Part shown: piece by piece, positions 19,729-28,969 of the stretch
How positions within the stretch are numbered: position 1 is the stretch's first letter
Layout: each line of letters begins with the position of its first letter
Virus record (IMG/VR): IMGVR_UViG_3300025138_000037
Span: 219-64,218 of that record
Source of the DNA: a virus
Taxonomy: Duplodnaviria > Caudoviricetes
Direction: 5' to 3' (one strand)
Length of the DNA: 64,000 nucleotides
The notes under the pieces: generated by a model
Seen by the model: the letters and a program-made list of their open reading frames with translations, nothing else
What the model was told of the DNA's origin: nothing
Database searches by the model: none
Position numbers and translations under genes: made by a program

Positions 19729-21169
19729 CGAAGCGTACATTAAGTGTACAAGTGAAGATTTAGGACTCTTACAGTCTCTATCTGACTTCTTTACGTTTCC
19801 TGTACCAGGTGCCAGTTTTATGCCATCAGTACGAGCCAAAAGATGGGACGGCAAAGTACGTCTTTTTTCAAAGGCGACAGGAAAAATTTATGCTGGACTG
19901 TTACCTTACATACAGCATTTTTGCAAGGAAAACAGCCATACAATCATACTAGACGAGTCCTTAACCATTGGTGATGGCGTTCCTACCAATGATGTTTCCA
20001 AGTTTATTGACAAATTATCATTGAAAGACATAGAGATAAGAGATTATCAATTAAATGCGGTGACCCATGCATTGAACAATAAAAAGACAATACTCTTGTC
20101 ACCTACTGCCTCAGGTAAGTCATTAATCATTTATTGTATTATAAGAATGATGAAAGTTTTAGGTCACAGGTGTTTATTGATTGTGCCTACCACATCTTTG
20201 GTAGAACAAATGTACAAAGACTTTATTGATTATGGTTGGGACGCTGAGAAGTATGTACAACGAAAGTATTATGGTTATGAGATTGATGATAGCAAACCTA
20301 TTGTTGTTTCTACATGGCAATCACTGGCGACCTTTGATAAGAAATACTTTGACCAATTTGGTTGTGTCATAGGTGATGAAGCACATTTATTTAAGTCTAA
20401 AGAGTTACAGAAAATATTAGGTGCTTTAATAAACGCTAAATATAGAATAGGTACCACTGGTACTTTAGATGATAGTAAGACACACAAGCTTGTACTTGAA
20501 GGTCTATTTGGCACCGTACATCATGTTACGACAACACGAGAGCTGATAGACAGGAAACAACTTGCTGACCTAAAAATACAATGTATTGTGTTGAAGTATC
20601 CTAAAGAGGATTGTATTCAAGTCAAAGGTCTAAAGTACCAGGAAGAAATGGATTTTATAGTTTCACATGAAAAGAGAAACAAGTTTATTCGTAACTTAGT
20701 ACGAAAACAAACTGGTAATACTTTGGTATTATTTCAGTATGTAGAAAAACATGGTAAGATATTACATCAAATGATTGGTGATACTATTGACCCACAAACA
20801 CGAAAACTCTTTTTTGTTTATGGTGGTACAGATACAAAAGATAGAGAAACAGTCAGGAGTATAACAGAAAATGAGACCAATGCTATTATCGTTGCAAGCT
20901 ACGGTACGTTCAGTACCGGTATTAACATCCGCAATTTACATAACATTGTTTTTGCTAGTCCTTCTAAATCTAAAATTCGCAATCTCCAGTCTATTGGTAG
21001 GGGTCTTCGTCTTGGTGGTAATAAAGACGTTGCTACGTTGTATGATATATCTGATGATTTTACCTATAAGAGTTATAAGAACTTTACTATGAACCATTTC
21101 CTAGAAAGGATAAATATCTATAGTGAGCAAGAGTTTGACTATGAAATATTTAATGTGGACCTTATATGA
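19700..21169 (+). CDS. uvsW: DNA helicase UvsW
   Basis: RDYQ, SPTASGKS, GDEAH, GTTGT, STGINI, QSIGRGLR. Confidence 0.95.
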   Translation: MSELAVTKFNEAYIKCTSEDLGLLQSLSDFFTFPVPGASFMPSVRAKRWDGKVRLFSKATGKIYAGLLPYIQHFCKENSHTIILDESLTIGDGVPTNDVSKFIDKLSLKDIEIRDYQLNAVTHALNNKKTILLSPTASGKSLIIYCIIRMMKVLGHRCLLIVPTTSLVEQMYKDFIDYGWDAEKYVQRKYYGYEIDDSKPIVVSTWQSLATFDKKYFDQFGCVIGDEAHLFKSKELQKILGALINAKYRIGTTGTLDDSKTHKLVLEGLFGTVHHVTTTRELIDRKQLADLKIQCIVLKYPKEDCIQVKGLKYQEEMDFIVSHEKRNKFIRNLVRKQTGNTLVLFQYVEKHGKILHQMIGDTIDPQTRKLFFVYGGTDTKDRETVRSITENETNAIIVASYGTFSTGINIRNLHNIVFASPSKSKIRNLQSIGRGLRLGGNKDVATLYDISDDFTYKSYKNFTMNHFLERINIYSEQEFDYEIFNVDLI

Positions 21170-21627
21170 CAGATAGAAAAGAAATAAAAACAAAGACAGT
21201 TACAATACCTACACCTAGAATGTTAAAATTATCAACAGGTGAACAGGTTATCTGTATCATGTATGTACAGGAAGGTAGTGATTTTATTCGCTTATCTGAC
21301 CCTTATAAAATAGAATTACATAATTTTGATATGGATCCTACACAATACTATATGGAAGAAAGAATGTCAATGAAACCTTGGGTGTGGCAATCCAGTGATA
21401 AAATCTTTTCTATACATAAGAATAATATAATGACTATCGCCATGCCTAACGCAGAAATCAAAGATTACTATAATAATATACGTTTAGGGCATATAAAGAT
21501 TCCTGCACAGGAAAAACTAAAACCCATGCCTAGTGAGGACGAGTTTAACAGATTACTTGATAAACTTGGTGATGAAGACTACTTTGATGTCATTGAACAT
21601 CTTAAAGGTAAGAAGACGGTACACTAA
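21166..21627 (+). CDS. Conserved hypothetical protein (Sm-like fold candidate)
   Basis: LKLSTGEQVI motif typical of the T4-like ORF between uvsW and gp55. Confidence 0.6.
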   Translation: MTDRKEIKTKTVTIPTPRMLKLSTGEQVICIMYVQEGSDFIRLSDPYKIELHNFDMDPTQYYMEERMSMKPWVWQSSDKIFSIHKNNIMTIAMPNAEIKDYYNNIRLGHIKIPAQEKLKPMPSEDEFNRLLDKLGDEDYFDVIEHLKGKKTVH

Positions 21628-21660
21628 GATATACCTGTATCTGAAGGAGGGACACCGCCC

Positions 21661-21689
21661 ATTATATACTAACCCACCAATAAAGTCAA
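21661..21689 (-). promoter_or_regulatory. Antisense sigma70-type promoter (TTGACT-N17-TATAAT)
   Basis: Minus strand reads GGCTTGACT TTATTGGTGGGTTAGTA TATAAT, with the same GGCTTGAC context as the phage early promoters. Confidence 0.7.
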
Positions 21690-21716
21690 GCCTTTTTTTA
21701 ATTAACTTATTAAAGC

Positions 21717-21745
21717 TTTACTTTTTATCAAAAATGTGTTATAAT
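21717..21745 (+). promoter_or_regulatory. Sigma70-type promoter for gp55 (TTTACT-N17-TATAAT)
   Basis: TG-extended -10 element, 28 nt upstream of the ATG. Confidence 0.65.
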
Positions 21746-21773
21746 ACATATAATTTAATAAAGGAAATTTATT

Positions 21774-22331
21774 ATGACTGAAACAGTAAAACTAAAAACA
21801 CCTAAGAAAAAGGAACATTATGTTTCCAATAAGGAGTTTTTAGTTGCAATGAAAGAATTTAAAAAGAAGTGTTTAGCTGCAGAGAAAAGAGGAAGAAGGC
21901 AACCACCTATAAGTGATTACATAGGTGAATGTTTTTTAAAGATTGCCAATCATCTATCTTACAGACCAAACTTCATTAACTACACATACAAAGAAGATAT
22001 GATATCTGATGGTATAGAGAATTGCCTACAGTATGTATCAAACTTTGATCCAGAAAAAAGTAACAATCCTTTTGCTTACTTTACACAAATTATATACTAC
22101 GCTTTTATTCGTAGAATACAAAAAGAAAAGAAACAAACAACAATCAAACAGAAACTTATTCTTAAATCAGGACTAGATGAATTAGTTTTACAGGCCGGTG
22201 ATGATGGTGATTATCAAAATCAATATGCGGACTTTCTAAAGAAGAACATGATTGAGACAGAACCAGAGAAACCAAAAGAGAAAAAGGTAAGAAAGAAAGA
22301 ACCTAAGAAATTAGAATACTTTATGCAATGA
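21774..22331 (+). CDS. gp55: Late transcription sigma factor gp55
   Basis: HYVSNKEFL, IANHLSYRPNFINYTY, DGIENCLQY..NFDPEKS.NPFAYFTQI. Confidence 0.96.
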   Translation: MTETVKLKTPKKKEHYVSNKEFLVAMKEFKKKCLAAEKRGRRQPPISDYIGECFLKIANHLSYRPNFINYTYKEDMISDGIENCLQYVSNFDPEKSNNPFAYFTQIIYYAFIRRIQKEKKQTTIKQKLILKSGLDELVLQAGDDGDYQNQYADFLKKNMIETEPEKPKEKKVRKKEPKKLEYFMQ

Positions 22332-23809
22332 CAGAAAAGATTATAATTGTAGGAGGTGGTAGTGCAGGCTGGATGTCAGCGGCAACACTTATCAAAGCCT
22401 TTCCTCACAAAGACATCACCGTAATAGAAAGTCCTAATACACCCACCGTAGGTGTAGGTGAAAGTACCATTGGTAGTATTAATGATTGGTTATCTTTCTT
22501 AGAACTAGAAGATAAGGACTGGATGCCTCATGTAGGTGCTTCCTATAAATTAAGTATTAAGTTTACAGACTTTTATAAAAAAGGTGAAGAATTTCATTAC
22601 CCATTTGGTTTACCTTATGAACCTTATATTTCTAATGATACACGAAACAAATGGTATTTAAAGAAACATTTACAGAATTGTAAAACATCTGACTATGCTG
22701 AATGTATGGCACCACAAATTGCCTTAGCGAATACAAACAAAATGGCAAAATCTTTTGATGGTTTTGATTATCACAAAGACGCTGCTTATCATTTTGACGC
22801 TTTACTCTTTGCAAAATATCTAAAAGAGAATTATTGTTTACCAAGAGGTGTAAAACATATAAAAGAACATATAAACACCGTAGAAACAAATGAACATGGT
22901 ATTATATCATTGAACGATAAACATACTGCCGACCTATACTTAGATTGCACAGGCTTTAAATCTTTGTTAATGAAAGAAGTAAATAGTAAGTTTATTCACA
23001 TGAACCATATTTTACCAAATGATAGTGCATGGTCAACAAAATTAGAATATACAGATAAAGAAAAACAATTAGAACCATATACAAATTGTACCGCTATAGA
23101 AAACGGTTGGGTATGGAATATACCTCAATGGCAAAAGATTGGTACTGGTTATGTTTATTCAAGTAAGTATATTGATGATGACCAAGCGTTAGAAGACTTT
23201 CATAACTATTTGGGAAAACCAAAGAATGTAAATTATAAAAAAACAGGTATGAGAGTAGGTAGACATAAACATATGTGGAAAAAGAATGTATGCTCTATAG
23301 GACTGGCTGCAGGTTTTATTGAACCTTTAGAAAGTACAGGTCTCCTTCAAACACATGTATTTTTATTAAAACTTGTAAAGAATTTAGAACGAGGCAAAGT
23401 ATCACAGTTTGATAAAGATACACACAATTTAGAATGTAATGATATATTTGATAACTTTGTTGCCTTTGTGGCGATGCATTATTCTTTATCACATAGAGAC
23501 GATACACAATATTGGCGTGATGTAAGAGAAAGAAGTATTGCGGAGTTAGAACTAGTGCAAAAAGTAATGAAAGTAAAACACATTGACCATTATTTTACAA
23601 TAGATGGTGGTATGCATTATATTGCCACAGGTATGAATTATGATCCTATCTCTATGACAGATATATTAACAAAACAATATGAACTAGACACAGATATAAT
23701 AGATGAAAAATATGTGGCAACATTTGATACAAATAAGAATAGATGGAAAAATAATGCCAAAAAAGAACTTACATTATATAAATTTTTAAAGGAGAATATA
23801 CATGGGTAA
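22328..23809 (+). CDS. Flavin-dependent (tryptophan-type) halogenase family protein
   Basis: GGGSAGW, GVGEST, K in ASYKLSIKF, WVWNIP (WxWxIP), FIEPLESTG. Confidence 0.9.
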   Translation: MTEKIIIVGGGSAGWMSAATLIKAFPHKDITVIESPNTPTVGVGESTIGSINDWLSFLELEDKDWMPHVGASYKLSIKFTDFYKKGEEFHYPFGLPYEPYISNDTRNKWYLKKHLQNCKTSDYAECMAPQIALANTNKMAKSFDGFDYHKDAAYHFDALLFAKYLKENYCLPRGVKHIKEHINTVETNEHGIISLNDKHTADLYLDCTGFKSLLMKEVNSKFIHMNHILPNDSAWSTKLEYTDKEKQLEPYTNCTAIENGWVWNIPQWQKIGTGYVYSSKYIDDDQALEDFHNYLGKPKNVNYKKTGMRVGRHKHMWKKNVCSIGLAAGFIEPLESTGLLQTHVFLLKLVKNLERGKVSQFDKDTHNLECNDIFDNFVAFVAMHYSLSHRDDTQYWRDVRERSIAELELVQKVMKVKHIDHYFTIDGGMHYIATGMNYDPISMTDILTKQYELDTDIIDEKYVATFDTNKNRWKNNAKKELTLYKFLKENIHG

Positions 23810-24848
23810 AATTGCCTTGATTAACGACACCCATTTAGGTTGTAGAAATGATAATCCTAATTACCATGAGTATATCTACAAGTTTTGGGAAGAACAGTTT
23901 TTTCCTTATATAGAACAAAACAATATAGATACAATCATACATTTAGGTGACGTGTTAGATAGACGTAAGTATGTGAATTTTAAAACACTACAAGATTTCA
24001 ATGAAAGAATAGTCAAAAGATTAAACGCCTATAATGTACATATCATTGTAGGTAACCATGACACCTATTATAAGAACACAAACAATGTCAATGCACCACA
24101 AGAATTGTTAAGTCAATACCATGTGTATAGTCAACCAACAAAGGTGACAATAGATGATATGAACATGTTAATGATACCTTGGGTAACACCTGAGAACTAT
24201 GATAAAACAAAGATGATGTTAGAACAAGAAAGTGCTGACATGGTACTAGGTCATTTAGAAATCAAAGGTTTTGAAATGCACAATGGTCATGTGAGTGATA
24301 CAGGTTTAGAACAATCATTATTCAGTAGATATGAAAAAGTATTATCTGGTCACTTTCACAAAAAGAGTGACAACGGCCATATATACTATTTGGGTAGTCA
24401 ATATGAAATGACTTGGTCAGATTATAATTGTCCTAAAAACTTTCATGTACTGGACACAGAAACAAGAGAAATAGAAGCCATTCGTAACCCTTTGACTATT
24501 CATTCTAAAATATATTACAATGATGAAACAACAGACTATGCAAATTTTGATTATGATACATGCAACCATAAATATATTAAACTCATTGTAGAAAAGAAAA
24601 CAGATTACTTTATGTTTGATAAGTTTGTTGATAACATATATCAAAACGCCAAACCTTATGACTTAAAGATAATAGAAGACTATTCAGACTTAGACGCTAC
24701 GAGTGTGGCAGACGATATAGTGGAACAAAGTGAAGATACCCCTACTTTACTGGACACCTATATAGAACAAACAGATACTACCTTAGATAAAGGTAGATTA
24801 AAAAACTTGATGAAAAGTTTATACACGGAGGCATTTGATTATGAGTAA
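23802..24848 (+). CDS. gp47: Recombination endonuclease subunit gp47 (Mre11/SbcD-like)
   Basis: DTHLG, HLGDVLDRRK, GNHD, SGHFH. Confidence 0.95.
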   Translation: MGKIALINDTHLGCRNDNPNYHEYIYKFWEEQFFPYIEQNNIDTIIHLGDVLDRRKYVNFKTLQDFNERIVKRLNAYNVHIIVGNHDTYYKNTNNVNAPQELLSQYHVYSQPTKVTIDDMNMLMIPWVTPENYDKTKMMLEQESADMVLGHLEIKGFEMHNGHVSDTGLEQSLFSRYEKVLSGHFHKKSDNGHIYYLGSQYEMTWSDYNCPKNFHVLDTETREIEAIRNPLTIHSKIYYNDETTDYANFDYDTCNHKYIKLIVEKKTDYFMFDKFVDNIYQNAKPYDLKIIEDYSDLDATSVADDIVEQSEDTPTLLDTYIEQTDTTLDKGRLKNLMKSLYTEAFDYE

Positions 24849-25530
24849 TGATTACCCAGACCACTTGTATTATAACAATACATACTTTTTTGGTCCTTAT
24901 TTACATCATGGTAGAGTTGACCCTAAATTTATTAAAGACTTATTAGCCATAGGTGAGAAATCACAGGATATGGTTGATATGAAAAAGAACTTAGCAGGTG
25001 ATTTAAAAGGTGAGTGGAAGTTTAGTGAAGAAGACCAAAGATGGTTTTGTAAACACATGAGATTAAACTTTGAACATTATGTGAAACAACGTGCCAGTTG
25101 GCATGCTGATTCAGAATTAGAAAAAAGAGGATATATTATAGATAACGTATGGATTAATTATCAACATCCAGGTGATTATCAACCAGAGCATATACATGCA
25201 GGTGATTTTAGTTGGGTTATTTATTTACAGAATCCACCAGGACTAGAAGAAGAAAGAGATAACCACGATACACGAGGTCCTGCACCAGGTACAATTACCT
25301 TCTCTTATGGTGAGGGTGTTGGTATGTCAATTGAAAACTATGCTGTCATCAATCAAAACTTTGCCAATAAAGTAGGTGACTTCTTTATATTTCCGGCACA
25401 ATTAAGGCATTCTGTACCACAATTTAAGAGTGAGGGTGTGAGAATATCTATAAGTGGGAATGGTAGTTTCCAAGAAAAACATAGTCCATATAATGATTAC
25501 TTTTATGGAGAACAAAGAATAAACAATTAA
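24841..25530 (+). CDS. Putative 2OG-Fe(II) oxygenase inserted between gp47 and gp46
   Basis: WINYQHPGDYQPEHIH, FSWVIYL, FIFPAQLRHSV, RISISGN. Confidence 0.83.
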   Translation: MSNDYPDHLYYNNTYFFGPYLHHGRVDPKFIKDLLAIGEKSQDMVDMKKNLAGDLKGEWKFSEEDQRWFCKHMRLNFEHYVKQRASWHADSELEKRGYIIDNVWINYQHPGDYQPEHIHAGDFSWVIYLQNPPGLEEERDNHDTRGPAPGTITFSYGEGVGMSIENYAVINQNFANKVGDFFIFPAQLRHSVPQFKSEGVRISISGNGSFQEKHSPYNDYFYGEQRINN

Positions 25531-27242
25531 TGATAATATTTGAAACGATAAGGTGGAAGAACTTTCTTTCCACTGGCAATACCGGTATAGAAGTAAAACT
25601 AAACGAACACCAAGATACACTTATTGTAGGTCACAATGGTGCAGGTAAATCAACAATACTTGACGCCTTGTGTTTTGGTCTTTTTAATAAACCTTTTAGA
25701 GATATTAAGAAAGAACAAATGGTCAATAGTGTTAATCTAGGTGGCACAGAAATAGAAATAGAGTTTAGTATCTCTAATAATAAGTACAGAATTAAACGTG
25801 GCATTAAACCTAATGTGTTTGAAATACACCTGAATGGTGAACTTGTCAATCAGGATGCCTCTATTGCTGACCAACAAAAATACTTAGAACAACAAATATT
25901 GAAATTTAATTACCGTAGTTTTACACAGGTTGTTATACTAGGCAGTAGTGCATTTGTACCTTTTATGGAATTAAAATCACCACATAGACGAGAAGTTGTG
26001 GAAGATATACTTGATATAAAGATATTTTCTGTAATGAATATGTTAGTAAAGATACAAATAAAAGAAATACAAGACCAGTTACGAGATATTGATAGAGAGA
26101 TTGATATTACCAAAAACAAAGTAGAGACACAGGAAAGATATATTGAACAAACAGGTAAGCAAACACAATCTACAATAGATGATTACAATAAGAAGATACA
26201 AGAAAACAAAGACGCATTAAACAAATACAATGACCATAAAGCAGAGTTAGAAAAAGTATTAAACAAAGAAAAAGAAAAGATACTAGATGAGAATAAGGTA
26301 CGAGAACAAGTAAAGAGATTAAATGCCTTTGAAACACAGTTTGAAACAAAAGTCAATGAGTGTACTAAACATAAAAAGTTTTATGAAGCACATGATAATT
26401 GTCCTACATGTCAACAGACTATAGACCCACAGTTTAAATCAGAAAAGATATCTAAAGAAAACAACCAGATGTTAAAGTTTAATCAGGCATTAGAAGATGT
26501 TGCCAAAGAAATATCTAGTAAACAACGAAGACTACAAGCCATTGCAAGTGTCTATGAGAATATGAAAGTAACAGAAATAGATATTGCGAAGTTTGAACAA
26601 TCTAGTAACGAACTACAAAACATTAATCGTAAATTAGAAAGTCAAGTAAATACTCTTATGCAACAAAGTGAAGAAACAGGTAATGCAAAAGGTAAACTAG
26701 AGTCCTTACAAGAAATGATGGCACACCACGAGAGTGAACAGTTACGAAAAAAAGAAGAACTAGATTATCTACAGGCTGCCAGAGTAATGTTGGCAGATAC
26801 AGGTATCAAAACAAAAGTTATCAAACAATATCTGCCTATAATGAACCAGTTGATAAACAAATATTTGGCGTCTATGGACTTCTTTGTTAATTTTAAATTA
26901 GATGATGAGTTTAGAGAGATTATAAGAAGTAGATTCCGTGATGACTTTAGTTATAGTAGTTTTAGTGAAGGTGAAAAGATGAGAATAAATCTGGCACTAT
27001 TGTTTACATGGCGTGCCATTGCTAAGATGAAGAACAGTATATCTACCAATCTATTAATGTTAGATGAAATATTTGACAGTAGTTTAGATGGTCAAGGTAC
27101 AGATGACTTTCTAAAGATACTGAATACACTAGAAGGTGAGAATGTGTTTATCATATCACATAAGACAGACCTGATGGCAGATAAGTTTAAAAACATAATG
27201 AGGTTTGAGAAGTACAAAAACTTTACAAGGATTGTTGAGTGA
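25530..27242 (+). CDS. gp46: Recombination ATPase subunit gp46 (Rad50/SbcC-like)
   Basis: GHNGAGKST, CPTC zinc hook, FSEGEK, LDEIFD, ISH. Confidence 0.96.
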   Translation: MIIFETIRWKNFLSTGNTGIEVKLNEHQDTLIVGHNGAGKSTILDALCFGLFNKPFRDIKKEQMVNSVNLGGTEIEIEFSISNNKYRIKRGIKPNVFEIHLNGELVNQDASIADQQKYLEQQILKFNYRSFTQVVILGSSAFVPFMELKSPHRREVVEDILDIKIFSVMNMLVKIQIKEIQDQLRDIDREIDITKNKVETQERYIEQTGKQTQSTIDDYNKKIQENKDALNKYNDHKAELEKVLNKEKEKILDENKVREQVKRLNAFETQFETKVNECTKHKKFYEAHDNCPTCQQTIDPQFKSEKISKENNQMLKFNQALEDVAKEISSKQRRLQAIASVYENMKVTEIDIAKFEQSSNELQNINRKLESQVNTLMQQSEETGNAKGKLESLQEMMAHHESEQLRKKEELDYLQAARVMLADTGIKTKVIKQYLPIMNQLINKYLASMDFFVNFKLDDEFREIIRSRFRDDFSYSSFSEGEKMRINLALLFTWRAIAKMKNSISTNLLMLDEIFDSSLDGQGTDDFLKILNTLEGENVFIISHKTDLMADKFKNIMRFEKYKNFTRIVE

Positions 27243-27943
27243 AATATTTTCCAGTAGTTGTAGATAATTTCTTCCGTAATCCAGATTTGATAAGAAAACT
27301 GGCATTGAGTTTAAACTATACACCTGATGATAAAGGTAGATGGCCTGGTCAGCGAAGCGAACAGTTACATACAATAGACTATGAATTGTTTATGAGTATT
27401 ATGTTAAAGATTATGTCTATCTATACAGACTTTGCTTATTCAAACGTTACATGGGAAAATGCTAGTCTTTACTTTCACAAAATAAAAGATACAGGTGATA
27501 AAGAACTGAATAAAGGTTGGATTCATATTGACCAAGACTTTGAATTAGCAGGACTATGTTATTTGAATCCTGGTGTAAATGATATAAACACAGGCACCTC
27601 ACTTCACTCAATAGAAGACCACCACAAGTACGAAAGACATTATTATAAACATTTGTATTATCGAGGCGACAATGTGGATATAAATGATTATAAGAAAGAA
27701 CTGAAAGAACACAATGACAAATATACAGAAACAATGAGAATATCTAACGTGTATAATAGAATGATTACCTATGATACAAAAGAACATCATTGTTTAAATG
27801 GCATATCAGAGAATGAAGAAAGATTAACTATGTTATTGTTTATGAGTGATATATCACCAGAAGGTAAGTTTCCTGTTTCCAGAATACAAGATGACAAACA
27901 GTATGATAACTTTATTGAAGAAAGGATAAATTTTTTATTATGA
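27239..27943 (+). CDS. 2OG-Fe(II) oxygenase-like protein (DUF6445-like)
   Basis: VVDNFF.NPD.IR, WPGQRS, GWIHID, AGLCYL, YNRMITY...HH, RLT. Confidence 0.8.
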   Translation: MKYFPVVVDNFFRNPDLIRKLALSLNYTPDDKGRWPGQRSEQLHTIDYELFMSIMLKIMSIYTDFAYSNVTWENASLYFHKIKDTGDKELNKGWIHIDQDFELAGLCYLNPGVNDINTGTSLHSIEDHHKYERHYYKHLYYRGDNVDINDYKKELKEHNDKYTETMRISNVYNRMITYDTKEHHCLNGISENEERLTMLLFMSDISPEGKFPVSRIQDDKQYDNFIEERINFLL

Positions 27944-28950
27944 AGATAACAATTGCCAGATTACGAAGTGGTACAAATTATAAAGAACCACTACACGATA
28001 TTATGGATAGTTTCTATGACCTATACAGACGATACATGGAAGAAAATACACAACACACTTATGGTGTTTATAACTTTGGATGGGGTCATGCAAACAGAAA
28101 AAAGTTAGATGATATACCAGATAGTGACGTTATTATTATACCAAGTGAGAATGAATTTACACAACACATTAAAAACTTTGTTGACCCAAGGCACAAAGCA
28201 AGAAGTGATGAAATGGTCAAACAAATAGGTGAACACCTATCAAATAAACATGTAATGATATGGCGTAGTGATAGAGCAGATAATGAAGAACTGTATCGTA
28301 ACAAAACATTTAAAGACCAACCCATTGGCAAGTTTAGTACATTAGACGAAATGGATATACCTGGTGGACTACATGGCATGAAGTATCATTTTATTACAGA
28401 AAACTATCCGGCAAAACTAGATGAAACACGAGACATAGATTTTGTCTATTGGGGTACAGATAAACGTAAGACAACAGAAAATGTTGATAGTGGTGATCCT
28501 AGGCACAAAGTATTTAAACAGATATACAAAGAAAAGAAGTTGTCCTCATACTGGATTGGTAAATTTAGTAATATAGAAAGAAATATGAAGATAAACCGTA
28601 TGGTGCATATATTACCATATCTAACAAGTGGTAAAGGTACATTGTGTTTTAACTGGATGAGTGAGACAGCCACAACAAGTAGATACCATGAGGCATTGGC
28701 CTGTGGGTTGATACCATTTGTATGGCATAACTATGATGTAAACAATACAATAGTCGCTGACCCATGGCAGAGAGTATCAAGTGTAGAAGAACTCTATGAA
28801 AAGTATGAAGAATTAAATGGAGCCAAAGGTGATTTATGGGGTCAAAAACTGATGGACATAGAAGAAGAATATAAAAAGAATGTCCTGAAATCAAAAGATG
28901 AGTATTATCAACTATTTAAGACAAGGCTTGACAAATTGTTAGAATTATGA
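27940..28950 (+). CDS. GT-B glycosyltransferase, T4 DNA beta-glucosyltransferase-like
   Basis: MKITIA N-terminus, DIDFVYWG..KR and TTSRYHEALACGLIPFV resemble the T4 BGT motifs (recalled as LDVIYGG..R and TLRVWETMAS); similar length. Confidence 0.6.
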   Translation: MKITIARLRSGTNYKEPLHDIMDSFYDLYRRYMEENTQHTYGVYNFGWGHANRKKLDDIPDSDVIIIPSENEFTQHIKNFVDPRHKARSDEMVKQIGEHLSNKHVMIWRSDRADNEELYRNKTFKDQPIGKFSTLDEMDIPGGLHGMKYHFITENYPAKLDETRDIDFVYWGTDKRKTTENVDSGDPRHKVFKQIYKEKKLSSYWIGKFSNIERNMKINRMVHILPYLTSGKGTLCFNWMSETATTSRYHEALACGLIPFVWHNYDVNNTIVADPWQRVSSVEELYEKYEELNGAKGDLWGQKLMDIEEEYKKNVLKSKDEYYQLFKTRLDKLLEL

Positions 28951-28956
28951 TAGGAT
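28928..28956 (+). promoter_or_regulatory. Early/middle sigma70-type promoter TTGACA-N17-TAGGAT
   Basis: GGCTTGACA...TGA TAGGAT, a motif recurring in this window. Confidence 0.7.
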
Positions 28957-28969
28957 ATAGAATTATATT

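Noticed and set aside
21533-21781. 82-aa ORF
   Set aside because: Spans the back-to-back promoters and overlaps neighbours; low-complexity AT-rich translation
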